Origin: an uncultured Clostridia bacterium
GTDB taxonomy: Bacteria; Bacillota; Clostridia; Christensenellales; UBA1242
Assembly: GCA_947382485.1 (NCBI GenBank)
Contig: CANCYS010000006.1
Span: forward strand, 2,278-66,277
Length of the DNA: 64,000 nucleotides
Reading direction: 5' to 3'
The notes beneath the pieces are model-generated. The model did no database searches and was not told the DNA's origin. It saw nothing but the letters and a program-made list of their open reading frames with translations. Positions 57,682 through 64,000 of the stretch are shown here, piece after piece. Position numbers and translations under genes: made by a program. Position 1 is the first letter of the stretch, and each line of letters opens with the position of its first letter.

Positions 57682-59337
57682 ATGGATAAAGTTATAACAG
57701 GAGCATTGCTTCGCAAGATGGTGGTTTCTGGTGCAAACTACCTTGAAGAAAATAAAGAATATGTAAACTCATTAAACGTTTTCCCAGTGCCAGATGGCGA
57801 CACTGGAACAAATATGTCCCTCACAATGAAGTCATCAGTTAAAGAACTTAATTTATGCACAAACAATGATATGGAAACTGTTTGTGATGCAATAAGCAAA
57901 GGTGCTCTTAAAGGAGCAAGAGGAAACTCTGGTGTTATTCTTTCACAAATTTTGAAAGGTTTCACCTCATATTTTACTAACTTAAAAGAAATCAAGACTA
58001 TGGATTTTGCAAATGCCTTGATTGAAGGTGCAAATGTTGCCTATAAAGCTGTAACCAAGCCAAAAGAGGGAACAATTTTAACCGTCATCAAAGCAATGGC
58101 AAATGCATCAGTCAAAATTGCTAAAAAAGAATCTGAAATGGAAGGATTTTTAAAGCAAGTTATTGATATTGGTGAAGAAGCCCTTGCAATGACACCTGAA
58201 CTTCTCCCAGTTTTGAAGAAAGCAGGCGTTGTTGACGCTGGTGGTCGTGGACTTTTAATCATTTTGAATGGATTTTTAAAAATTGTTTGTGGTGATGAAA
58301 GCGAACTTAAAGTTCAATTTGACACAGATAAGGTTTCTGCGGATAGTGGAGCACCAAAAGCAGGAAATGCAAACCCAGAAATCAACTATAATAGTTTATC
58401 AGATATTGAATTTGCATATTGCACTGAATTTTTTGTTATTAACATCAACAAAAAAACCACAGTTGCTGATATTGACAAGCTTCGTGAGACATTGATGGAA
58501 CTCGGCGACTCTGTTATTTGTATTGGTGACCTCAACTTAATCAAAGTTCACGTTCATACAAATCAACCAGGCGTTGCACTCACACACGCCCTTAAACTTG
58601 GTGAACTCAATGGCGTTAAAATTGAAAATATGCTTGAACAATTTAGAGCACTCAAAGTTCAAAATGAACCAGAAGAACTCAAAAAGATTGGTGTTGTTTC
58701 AATTTGTGCTGGTGAAGGTTTGGCTGCACTATTTAAAGATTTGAATGTTGATTATGTCATTGAAGGCGGTCAAACAATGAATCCAAGTGCAGAAGACATC
58801 GCAAAAGCATGTGACAGCGTTCCAGCAGAGAACATTTTTGTGCTTCCAAACAACAAAAACATCATTTTGGCTGCTGAACTTGCTAATGACTTATCTAAAC
58901 GTAACATTTTTGTGCTTCCAACAACTTCAATTCCACAAGGAATTTCTGCTGCAATTAGAATTGACCCAGAACTTTCTATTGAAGAAAACAAACTTAATGT
59001 TGATGAAACAATCAAAGGTGTTGTATCTGGAAGCGTTACTTATGCAGTTCGTTCAACTTCAATTGATGGATTTAAACTCAAAGAAGGCGATATTATCGGC
59101 CTTGGCGAGAAAAAAATCGTTACAAAAGGTAGCAATGTTAGCAAAGTTACCGAAGATACTATTGAAAAACTCATGAATGATGAAATTTCAACCATAACAC
59201 TATTTTATGGTAATGATGTTGACCCAGTTGAAACTGGAAAATTAGTAGATACTTTAAAAGAAAAGTATCCAGACCTTGAAATTGACTGTCATGAGGGTGG
59301 TCAACCACTATATTATTACTTAATTTCTCTTGAATAA
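57682..59337 (+). CDS. fakA: DAK2-domain protein (fatty acid kinase subunit A, YloV-like)
   Basis: NVFPVPDGDTGTNM is a Dak2 phosphate-binding motif. ATG 57682 follows AGGAGA; the track start 57643 is TTG. Confidence 0.8.
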   Translation: MDKVITGALLRKMVVSGANYLEENKEYVNSLNVFPVPDGDTGTNMSLTMKSSVKELNLCTNNDMETVCDAISKGALKGARGNSGVILSQILKGFTSYFTNLKEIKTMDFANALIEGANVAYKAVTKPKEGTILTVIKAMANASVKIAKKESEMEGFLKQVIDIGEEALAMTPELLPVLKKAGVVDAGGRGLLIILNGFLKIVCGDESELKVQFDTDKVSADSGAPKAGNANPEINYNSLSDIEFAYCTEFFVININKKTTVADIDKLRETLMELGDSVICIGDLNLIKVHVHTNQPGVALTHALKLGELNGVKIENMLEQFRALKVQNEPEELKKIGVVSICAGEGLAALFKDLNVDYVIEGGQTMNPSAEDIAKACDSVPAENIFVLPNNKNIILAAELANDLSKRNIFVLPTTSIPQGISAAIRIDPELSIEENKLNVDETIKGVVSGSVTYAVRSTSIDGFKLKEGDIIGLGEKKIVTKGSNVSKVTEDTIEKLMNDEISTITLFYGNDVDPVETGKLVDTLKEKYPDLEIDCHEGGQPLYYYLISLE

Positions 59338-59381
59338 CCTTAAAAATTCATAGAAAATTATTCAAATTGCAATAAAAATTT

Positions 59382-59408
59382 AAAGAATGGGTAACCATTC
59401 TTTTTTTG
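59382..59408 (+). terminator. rho-independent terminator
   Basis: AAAGAATGG, loop GTAA, CCATTCTTT, then TTTTT. Confidence 0.85.
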
Positions 59409-59437
59409 TTGTTAAAAACACCTAATTTTGCTATAAT
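59409..59437 (+). promoter_or_regulatory. extended -10 promoter placing the transcription start on the recG ATG
   Basis: TTGTTA, 17 nt spacer, TGCTATAAT, then 6 nt (TTTTCT) before ATG 59444. No Shine-Dalgarno sequence. Confidence 0.55.
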
Positions 59438-59443
59438 TTTTCT

Positions 59444-61588
59444 ATGAAACTTATAGAAATTACAGGTATTGGAGAAATTAGGAACCATTTATTTGAAGAA
59501 AATGGCATTTTTTCGACTGACGACTTAATTAACTATTATCCTTATAAATATTATGATTTTACCAAAACTGAACCTTTTTCAGATGACGGAAAAGTTAGAC
59601 TTATAAGGGCTATTGCGATTGAAAATGCAAAAATTATCAGAGCAAGAAAAAATTTAACATTTGTTTCAGTTAAAATGCAAGATGAAGTGGGACACATCTT
59701 TACTGCGATGTGGTTTAACCAAACATATATAAAATCTCAAATATATTTGGGGATTGAAATGTATTTGTATGGGAAAAATAGTCCGACCAAAAAAAATACT
59801 TTTATTGTAACTCTTTCAAAACAGAAGAAAAATTTAAATTTTAAAAATTATAATTCTGTAAATTCTGATTTTATCGGCAATGATAAGGAAACAACAAGTT
59901 GTAGCAAAAGGGAAACAAGTGGTAATGAAGGGGAGAAAAATGGTGAGGAGAATTCAAGCATTCAACCTAATCTTGGATTTTTGCCAGTGTATCACAGTGT
60001 TGGAAAAATAGGTCAAAAAGTAATTCATGATACTATTAACAAAATCCTGCAAAGTGTGGAATTTTCAACATTTGTGCCACATTCATTGCTTCAAAAATTT
60101 AATCTTATTGACCTTAAAAAAGCGTATATAGAAATTCATAATCCATCAGAAAAAACAAATTTGGATGAATGCTTTGACAGAGTTCAAATTGAAAATTTGC
60201 TACCAATTTTGGCAACAAATGAATACAATAAGACCATTTTTAGGTGCAAAAAAGGGCATAAATATGACAAAAGTATTGAAATTAAGTCCGAATTTGAACA
60301 ACTTTTACCATTTAAATTAACACCAGACCAAAACAAAGTTATTTATGAAATTGAAAATGATATGACTTCAAAATTTTCAATGAACAGACTACTTCAAGGT
60401 GATGTTGGCTCTGGAAAAACTGTTGTCGCTTTCTTTGGGGCATTTCTTGCTGCAAAAAATGGTTTTCAATCTGCAATTATCGCTCCAACCGAAATTCTTG
60501 CTAATCAACACTACAATTCTTTAAAAAAATTACTAAAAGGAACAAATATTAAAATTAGTCTTGTGACTGGAAGCCTTTCTGGGTTTGAAAAACAAGCAAC
60601 TTTAAATGATATTAAAAACGGTATAAGTTCTATTGTCATTGGAACTCATGCAGTTTTATCGGAAAATGTTGAATTTAATAATTTAACTTATATTGTAGTT
60701 GATGAACAACACAGATTTGGAGTTGAACAACGAGCAAAACTTAAAGAAAAAGGAATTAATCCTGATATTTTGGTTATGAGTGCAACTCCAATTCCAAGAA
60801 CACTCAGTTTGGTTGTTTATGGTGACCTTGACATTTCTTTTATTGAAAATCGTCCAAACAAACAAAACATTAAGACAAACATCGTAAAAAAAGAAAAACA
60901 AGAGGATATGTGGAAATATATTGATGAGAAAATCAAAAATGGCTCAAAAGTTTATGTTGTTTGCTCAAAAATTGATGAAGAAAACGATGACGACGGAATT
61001 TTAAAATTTTCCGCTAAAAATATGTATGAATTTTTATGTACGAAATTTGACAAAAGAGATGTTGCACTGATTCATGGAAAACTTGCTAAATCCACACAAA
61101 ATAAGGTTTTAGACAGCTTTAAGTATGGCATTACTAGGGTTTTGGTTTCAACCACTATTGTTGAAGTTGGAGTTGATGTTCCTGACAGCGATATTATGGT
61201 TATTGCAACACCAGAAAGATTTGGGCTTGCAACACTTCATCAACTTCGTGGTAGAATTGGCAGAAATGGGGAAGAATCTTTTTGTTTTTGTCTAGCAGAC
61301 AACTTAACAGAAAAATCTTATGAAAGAATTTTATATTTCAAATCACATGACAATGGTCTTGACATTGCAGACTTTGACCTTAAAACAAGAGGAGCAGGCA
61401 GTGTTATTGGCACTAATCAACATGGTAATGATAATAGTTTAATTGCCAAATTTTCAGAAAAAAGTTATAGTCTTGCCAAACAAATTTTGGAATTTATCAA
61501 ACAATCACCACAAGATTATGTGAAATTGCTTGAAAAAGGTGCAAATCAGGAAAGTTCTAAAATTTTAAATAAAATCATATTAAATTAA
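59444..61588 (+). CDS. recG: ATP-dependent DNA helicase RecG
   Basis: LQGDVGSGKT, DEQHRFGV, and the TRG-type motif LHQLRGRIGR. N-terminus ...DDLINYYPYKYYD. Contains a low-complexity insertion of about 50 aa in the wedge region. Confidence 0.9.
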   Translation: MKLIEITGIGEIRNHLFEENGIFSTDDLINYYPYKYYDFTKTEPFSDDGKVRLIRAIAIENAKIIRARKNLTFVSVKMQDEVGHIFTAMWFNQTYIKSQIYLGIEMYLYGKNSPTKKNTFIVTLSKQKKNLNFKNYNSVNSDFIGNDKETTSCSKRETSGNEGEKNGEENSSIQPNLGFLPVYHSVGKIGQKVIHDTINKILQSVEFSTFVPHSLLQKFNLIDLKKAYIEIHNPSEKTNLDECFDRVQIENLLPILATNEYNKTIFRCKKGHKYDKSIEIKSEFEQLLPFKLTPDQNKVIYEIENDMTSKFSMNRLLQGDVGSGKTVVAFFGAFLAAKNGFQSAIIAPTEILANQHYNSLKKLLKGTNIKISLVTGSLSGFEKQATLNDIKNGISSIVIGTHAVLSENVEFNNLTYIVVDEQHRFGVEQRAKLKEKGINPDILVMSATPIPRTLSLVVYGDLDISFIENRPNKQNIKTNIVKKEKQEDMWKYIDEKIKNGSKVYVVCSKIDEENDDDGILKFSAKNMYEFLCTKFDKRDVALIHGKLAKSTQNKVLDSFKYGITRVLVSTTIVEVGVDVPDSDIMVIATPERFGLATLHQLRGRIGRNGEESFCFCLADNLTEKSYERILYFKSHDNGLDIADFDLKTRGAGSVIGTNQHGNDNSLIAKFSEKSYSLAKQILEFIKQSPQDYVKLLEKGANQESSKILNKIILN

Positions 61589-61657
61589 TATTGATAATTG
61601 TAAAATGTGGGTGATTTTATAAAAAGAAAGAAATTTTAATTTTTTTTATAAAATCAC

Positions 61658-61686
61658 TTGCAATTAAAAAAAATATTTGATATATT
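61658..61686 (+). promoter_or_regulatory. sigma-A promoter for the tRNA cluster
   Basis: TTGCAA, 17 nt spacer, TATATT. Lies about 20 nt upstream of tRNA-Val. Confidence 0.55.
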
Positions 61687-61707
61687 ACTATTGTTCGACG
61701 AGAACTT

Positions 61708-61783
61708 GGGGGTTTAGCTCAGCTGGGAGAGCATCTGCCTTACAAGCAGGAGGTCATAGGTTCGAGCCCTATAGCCCCCACCA
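61708..61783 (+). tRNA. tRNA-Val (anticodon TAC), CCA encoded
   Basis: The cloverleaf was folded by hand: acceptor GGGGGTT/AGCCCCC, D arm GCTC/GAGC, anticodon loop CTTACAA, T arm ATAGG-TTCGAGC-CCTAT. Confidence 0.92.
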
Positions 61784-61840
61784 GATTTACTCGCACTGCT
61801 GCATCAAAAGTGGTGCGAAGTGCGGGTAATTTTATTTTAT

Positions 61841-61915
61841 GCGGGAATGGCTCAGTGGTAGAGCGCTGCCTTGCCAAGGCAGATGCCGCGAGTTCGAATC
61901 TCGTTTCCCGCTCCA
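61841..61915 (+). tRNA. tRNA-Gly (anticodon GCC), CCA encoded
   Basis: Acceptor GCGGGAA/TTCCCGC, anticodon stem CTGCC/GGCAG with loop TTGCCAA, T loop TTCGAAT. Confidence 0.92.
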
Positions 61916-62010
61916 TACGAAAGAGAGCGGCAGGTTGTTATACTTGCCGTTTGCTTTATCTTTTCATTCACGAAAGGCAATTTGTGATATAAAAACAGTT
62001 GCTTTGACGT

Positions 62011-62085
62011 GGCGACATAGCCAAGCGGTAAGGCACGAGTCTGCAAAACTCCCATTCCTCGGTTCGATTCCGAGTGTCGCCTCCA
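62011..62085 (+). tRNA. tRNA-Cys (anticodon GCA), CCA encoded
   Basis: Acceptor GGCGACA/TGTCGCC, anticodon loop CTGCAAA, T arm CTCGG-TTCGATT-CCGAG. Confidence 0.88.
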
Positions 62086-62094
62086 TAAAAAACA

Positions 62095-62119
62095 ATACAC
62101 CGACAAGGTGTATTTTTTT
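62095..62119 (+). terminator. terminator after tRNA-Cys
   Basis: ATACACC, loop GACAA, GGTGTAT, then TTTTTT. Confidence 0.75.
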
Positions 62120-62263
62120 GGTGACCGAGGAATCAACTTTGGCTTTGCCAAATGTTCGTCAGCTTGGCTTTTGCCAAGGTCACGAGCATAACAATTATTA
62201 ATTTGGGGAAATTAAGAACTTTCAACAACTTTATTTTTTTTAAATTTGAAATTTAATGCGAGT

Positions 62264-62315
62264 ATTCCGAGTGTCGCCTCCATAAAAATAATACACCGAC
62301 AAGGTGTATTTTTTT
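62264..62315 (+). repeat. direct repeat copy of the tRNA-Cys 3' end (from the T loop) plus its terminator
   Basis: 62264-62288 is identical to 62067-62091 (ATTCCGAGTGTCGCCTCCATAAAAA). After one AC to T difference, 62290-62315 is identical to 62094-62119. The offset between copies is 197 bp. Confidence 0.85.
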
Positions 62316-62384
62316 TGTGAATTTAATATTAAATAGTTTTATTGATTCACTTTATTATGATATTATAAATTTGTAGGAGTAAAT

Positions 62385-62927
62385 ATGGACGAACTTATTG
62401 ATATTATTGATGAAAATAACAATGTTTTGTATCAAGTTATGAAAAGTAAAGCACACAAAGATGGTCTTTTGCACCAAGCAATTTGGGCACTGATTTATGA
62501 AAAATCTTCTAAAAAAGTTTTAATTGCAAAAAGAGCACCTCAAAAACTTATGTTTCCTAATCTTTGGGGTTGGTCTTTTGCTGGACATGTGGGTGCAGGG
62601 GAAACACCAATGGAAACGGCTATTCGTGAAGCAAAAGAGGAAATTAACTTTGATGTTGAAGAAAACAACTGCATTGAACTTTTTCATTTAAAAGGTATTT
62701 GTGAAAATGAAAGGGACAAAGATGTGGAAATGGTTTATGTATACCTAATTTGCGTTGATGAAATTGATTTTGATAAAATCAAATTGCAAGAAAGTGAAGT
62801 TTCTGAAATTAAAATGGTTTCGATTGATGAACTTATTGATTTGCACCACAAAGGTGAAGGTACGCCAATTGAAGAAAAATATTTAGAAAATTTAAAAATT
62901 GAAGCAAAAAAAATGGGACTATATTAA
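62385..62927 (+). CDS. NUDIX hydrolase
   Basis: Nudix box GHVGAGETPMETAIREAKEEINF. RBS GTAGGAG. Confidence 0.85.
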   Translation: MDELIDIIDENNNVLYQVMKSKAHKDGLLHQAIWALIYEKSSKKVLIAKRAPQKLMFPNLWGWSFAGHVGAGETPMETAIREAKEEINFDVEENNCIELFHLKGICENERDKDVEMVYVYLICVDEIDFDKIKLQESEVSEIKMVSIDELIDLHHKGEGTPIEEKYLENLKIEAKKMGLY

Positions 62928-62941
62928 ATAGTCCTTTTTTA
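62916..62941 (+). terminator. terminator overlapping the NUDIX stop codon
   Basis: GGACTAT, loop ATTAA, ATAGTCC, then TTTTTT. Confidence 0.7.
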
Positions 62942-62950
62942 TAAATAAGA

Positions 62951-62974
62951 AATGGTGGGAGAGTTCCCACCATT
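62951..62974 (-). terminator. hairpin directly downstream of the tRNA-Leu 3' fragment (probable original tRNA-Leu terminator)
   Basis: Plus strand reads AATGGTGGGA, loop GAGT, TCCCACCATT. On the minus strand it follows the fragment's CCA. Confidence 0.6.
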
Positions 62975-63023
62975 TTGGTGCTGATGATCGGACTTGAACC
63001 GATACGGACTTTTGGTCCGAGGG
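62973..63023 (-). repeat. perfect 51-bp copy of the tRNA-Leu 3' portion (anticodon-stem 3' strand through CCA plus 3 nt)
   Basis: 62973-63023 is identical to 63141-63191 (TTTTGGTGCTGATGATCGGACTTGAACCGATACGGACTTTTGGTCCGAGGG on the plus strand). The offset is 168 bp. No 5' half is present, so it is not a functional tRNA. Confidence 0.9.
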
Positions 63024-63032
63024 GGCGACGCG

Positions 63033-63057
63033 TAAAAAAAACAACCCAGTGGGTTGT
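63033..63057 (-). terminator. terminator inside the insert downstream of tRNA-Leu
   Basis: Minus strand: ACAACCC, loop ACT, GGGTTGT, then TTTTTTTT. Confidence 0.7.
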
Positions 63058-63143
63058 TTTTAGCCAAAGCCGGGAGCAATCTCTGATTGCGGTCTGGCCG
63101 ACAGGATTAAGTCCCGCAGGGGCTTAAAATCCCATTTTAATTT

Positions 63144-63231
63144 TGGTGCTGATGATCGGACTTGAACCGATACGGACTTTTGGTCCGAGGGATTTTAAGT
63201 CCCTTGCGTCTGCCTATTTCGCCACATCAGC
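63144..63231 (-). tRNA. tRNA-Leu (anticodon TAA), long variable arm, CCA encoded
   Basis: Minus strand GCTGATGTGGCGAAATAGGCAGACGCAAGGGACTTAAAATCCCTCGGACCAAAAGTCCGTATCGGTTCAAGTCCGATCATCAGCACCA. Acceptor GCTGATG/CATCAGC, anticodon loop CTTAAAA, variable arm CGGAC-CAAAA-GTCCG. Confidence 0.9.
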
Positions 63232-63374
63232 ATATTTTTTATTTTGAACACAATAAATTTATCACAACTTTTTATATTTGTAAAGAATTTTTATCATTTT
63301 TATAATTAATATTTTATTTGATTATTTACATTATTATGCTACAATATTTTTATAAATAATAAAAAGGAAAGTTT

Positions 63375-64000
63375 ATGAAGTTAAATTTTTTGGGAGTTGG
63401 CACTGCTAGTGCTACCAAAATTTACCACACTTGCTTTACTATTCAAAATAATAATGAACACTTTTTGATTGATTCAGGTGGTGGGGTTGAAATTTTGACC
63501 AATCTTAAAAAGATGAATATTGATATTAGTGGCATTAACCATGTGTTTTTGTCTCACATTCATATTGACCATTGTCTTGGCATGCTTTGGTTTTTAAGAA
63601 AAAGAAACTGGCAATCACATGATGGATTGCTTCCTTTAAATTTTTATGGGAGCAAAAAAGTTCTTGATGATTTTAAAAAGGTTATGCAAGTTTTACTTAA
63701 AAAAGAATTTGCAAAAACTGGGACATTGATTAATTTTCATGAAATTTCTGATGGGCAAACCATAAATATTATTGGTCTTGATTTTAAATTTCTTGATACA
63801 CATGCTAAAAAAGATGAAATGTTTGGATTTATTGCATCTGACGGACACAAAAAAGTTGCATTTGTTGGTGATGAAATTCTTAAAAATGAACTTTATGACA
63901 CTGTTCGTGATATTGACTTTTTGATGCTTGATGCTCTTTGCATTGGTAAAGAAAATAAAAATGTTCTTCATTTAAGAGAAAGTTTAGAGGATTTTTTGAC
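63375..64000 (+). CDS. MBL-fold metallo-hydrolase, C-terminus beyond the right window edge
   Basis: ATG 63375 follows AAGGAAAG. MKLNFLGVGTA...HFLIDSGGG...VFLSHIHIDHCLG carries the HxHxDH motif. The frame was read stop-free to 64000. It is missing from the track because it has no stop in the window. Confidence 0.8.
   Translation, partial: MKLNFLGVGTASATKIYHTCFTIQNNNEHFLIDSGGGVEILTNLKKMNIDISGINHVFLSHIHIDHCLGMLWFLRKRNWQSHDGLLPLNFYGSKKVLDDFKKVMQVLLKKEFAKTGTLINFHEISDGQTINIIGLDFKFLDTHAKKDEMFGFIASDGHKKVAFVGDEILKNELYDTVRDIDFLMLDALCIGKENKNVLHLRESLEDFL

Noticed and set aside
61810-62201. Track ORFs 61810-61992 (plus), 61839-62201 (plus) and 61852-62151 (minus).
   Set aside because: They run through the tRNA-Gly and tRNA-Cys genes and the terminator and insert. 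They have no RBS and are explained by locally GC-rich RNA genes.
62120-63140. The GC-rich inserts considered as known small RNAs (SRP RNA, 6S RNA, tmRNA or a T-box).
   Set aside because: None of the conserved motifs I can recall for these RNAs is present (SRP domain IV GGAA/AGCA, the tmRNA tag reading frame, the T-box sequence). The sizes are also wrong. They are therefore left as unassigned structured inserts.
63024-63231. A group I intron or split gene in tRNA-Leu(UAA), as known in cyanobacteria.
   Set aside because: The tRNA at 63231-63144 is contiguous and folds into a full cloverleaf. The extra sequence lies downstream of the CCA, not in the anticodon loop, and at 117 bp it is far too short for a group I intron.
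63693-63971. The minus-strand 92-aa ORF at 63693-63971.
   Set aside because: It is antisense to the open-ended MBL-fold gene, which has an RBS and the HxHxDH motif. Its K/F/I-rich composition is typical of a shadow frame.

Overview
AT-rich (roughly 30% GC by eye) chromosomal window from an endospore-forming Firmicute, since sigK and spoVM are both present. No rRNA, CRISPR array, transposase or integrase gene was seen.

Layout:
- 1-6284 (minus strand): one open-ended giant lipoprotein gene of more than 2094 codons. The ORF track cannot show it because it has no stop codon inside the window.
- 6.7-20.5 kb: a phage-derived cluster. It holds an ArpU/sigma-region-4-like regulator, an antisense membrane protein, terminase large subunit, portal, scaffold, HK97-fold capsid, about six tightly coupled proteins of unknown function that are probably short-tail parts, and a phiLC3-type holin. 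There is no integrase, repressor, replication module, tape measure or endolysin in the window.
- 20.8-61.6 kb: housekeeping genes, almost all on the plus strand, in Bacillus-like order. These are rnj, trmR/U32, sigK, rnpB, rarA, helD, pnuC, lepA-hemW-hrcA-grpE-dnaK-dnaJ-rsmE-mtaB, rpsU, pcrA-ligA, rpoZ-priA-def-fmt-rlmN-rpe-spoVM, sufC-sufBD and rpmB on the minus strand, asp23-fakA and recG.
- 61.7-63.2 kb: tRNA-Val, tRNA-Gly and tRNA-Cys on the plus strand and tRNA-Leu on the minus strand. Each of tRNA-Cys and tRNA-Leu has a duplicated 3' segment enclosing a short GC-rich structured insert, which looks like an att-type scar. The two scars flank a NUDIX gene.
- 63375-64000: a second open-ended gene (MBL fold) that is also missing from the ORF track.

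The most interesting item is the intact but orphan podovirus-like virion module next to the giant lipoprotein gene. Secondary items:
- a 24-codon spoVM below the track threshold
- a 24-bp-phased ATAACTA array between convergent terminators
- the two tRNA scars
- predicted leaderless mRNAs for rsmE and recG, and possibly terL
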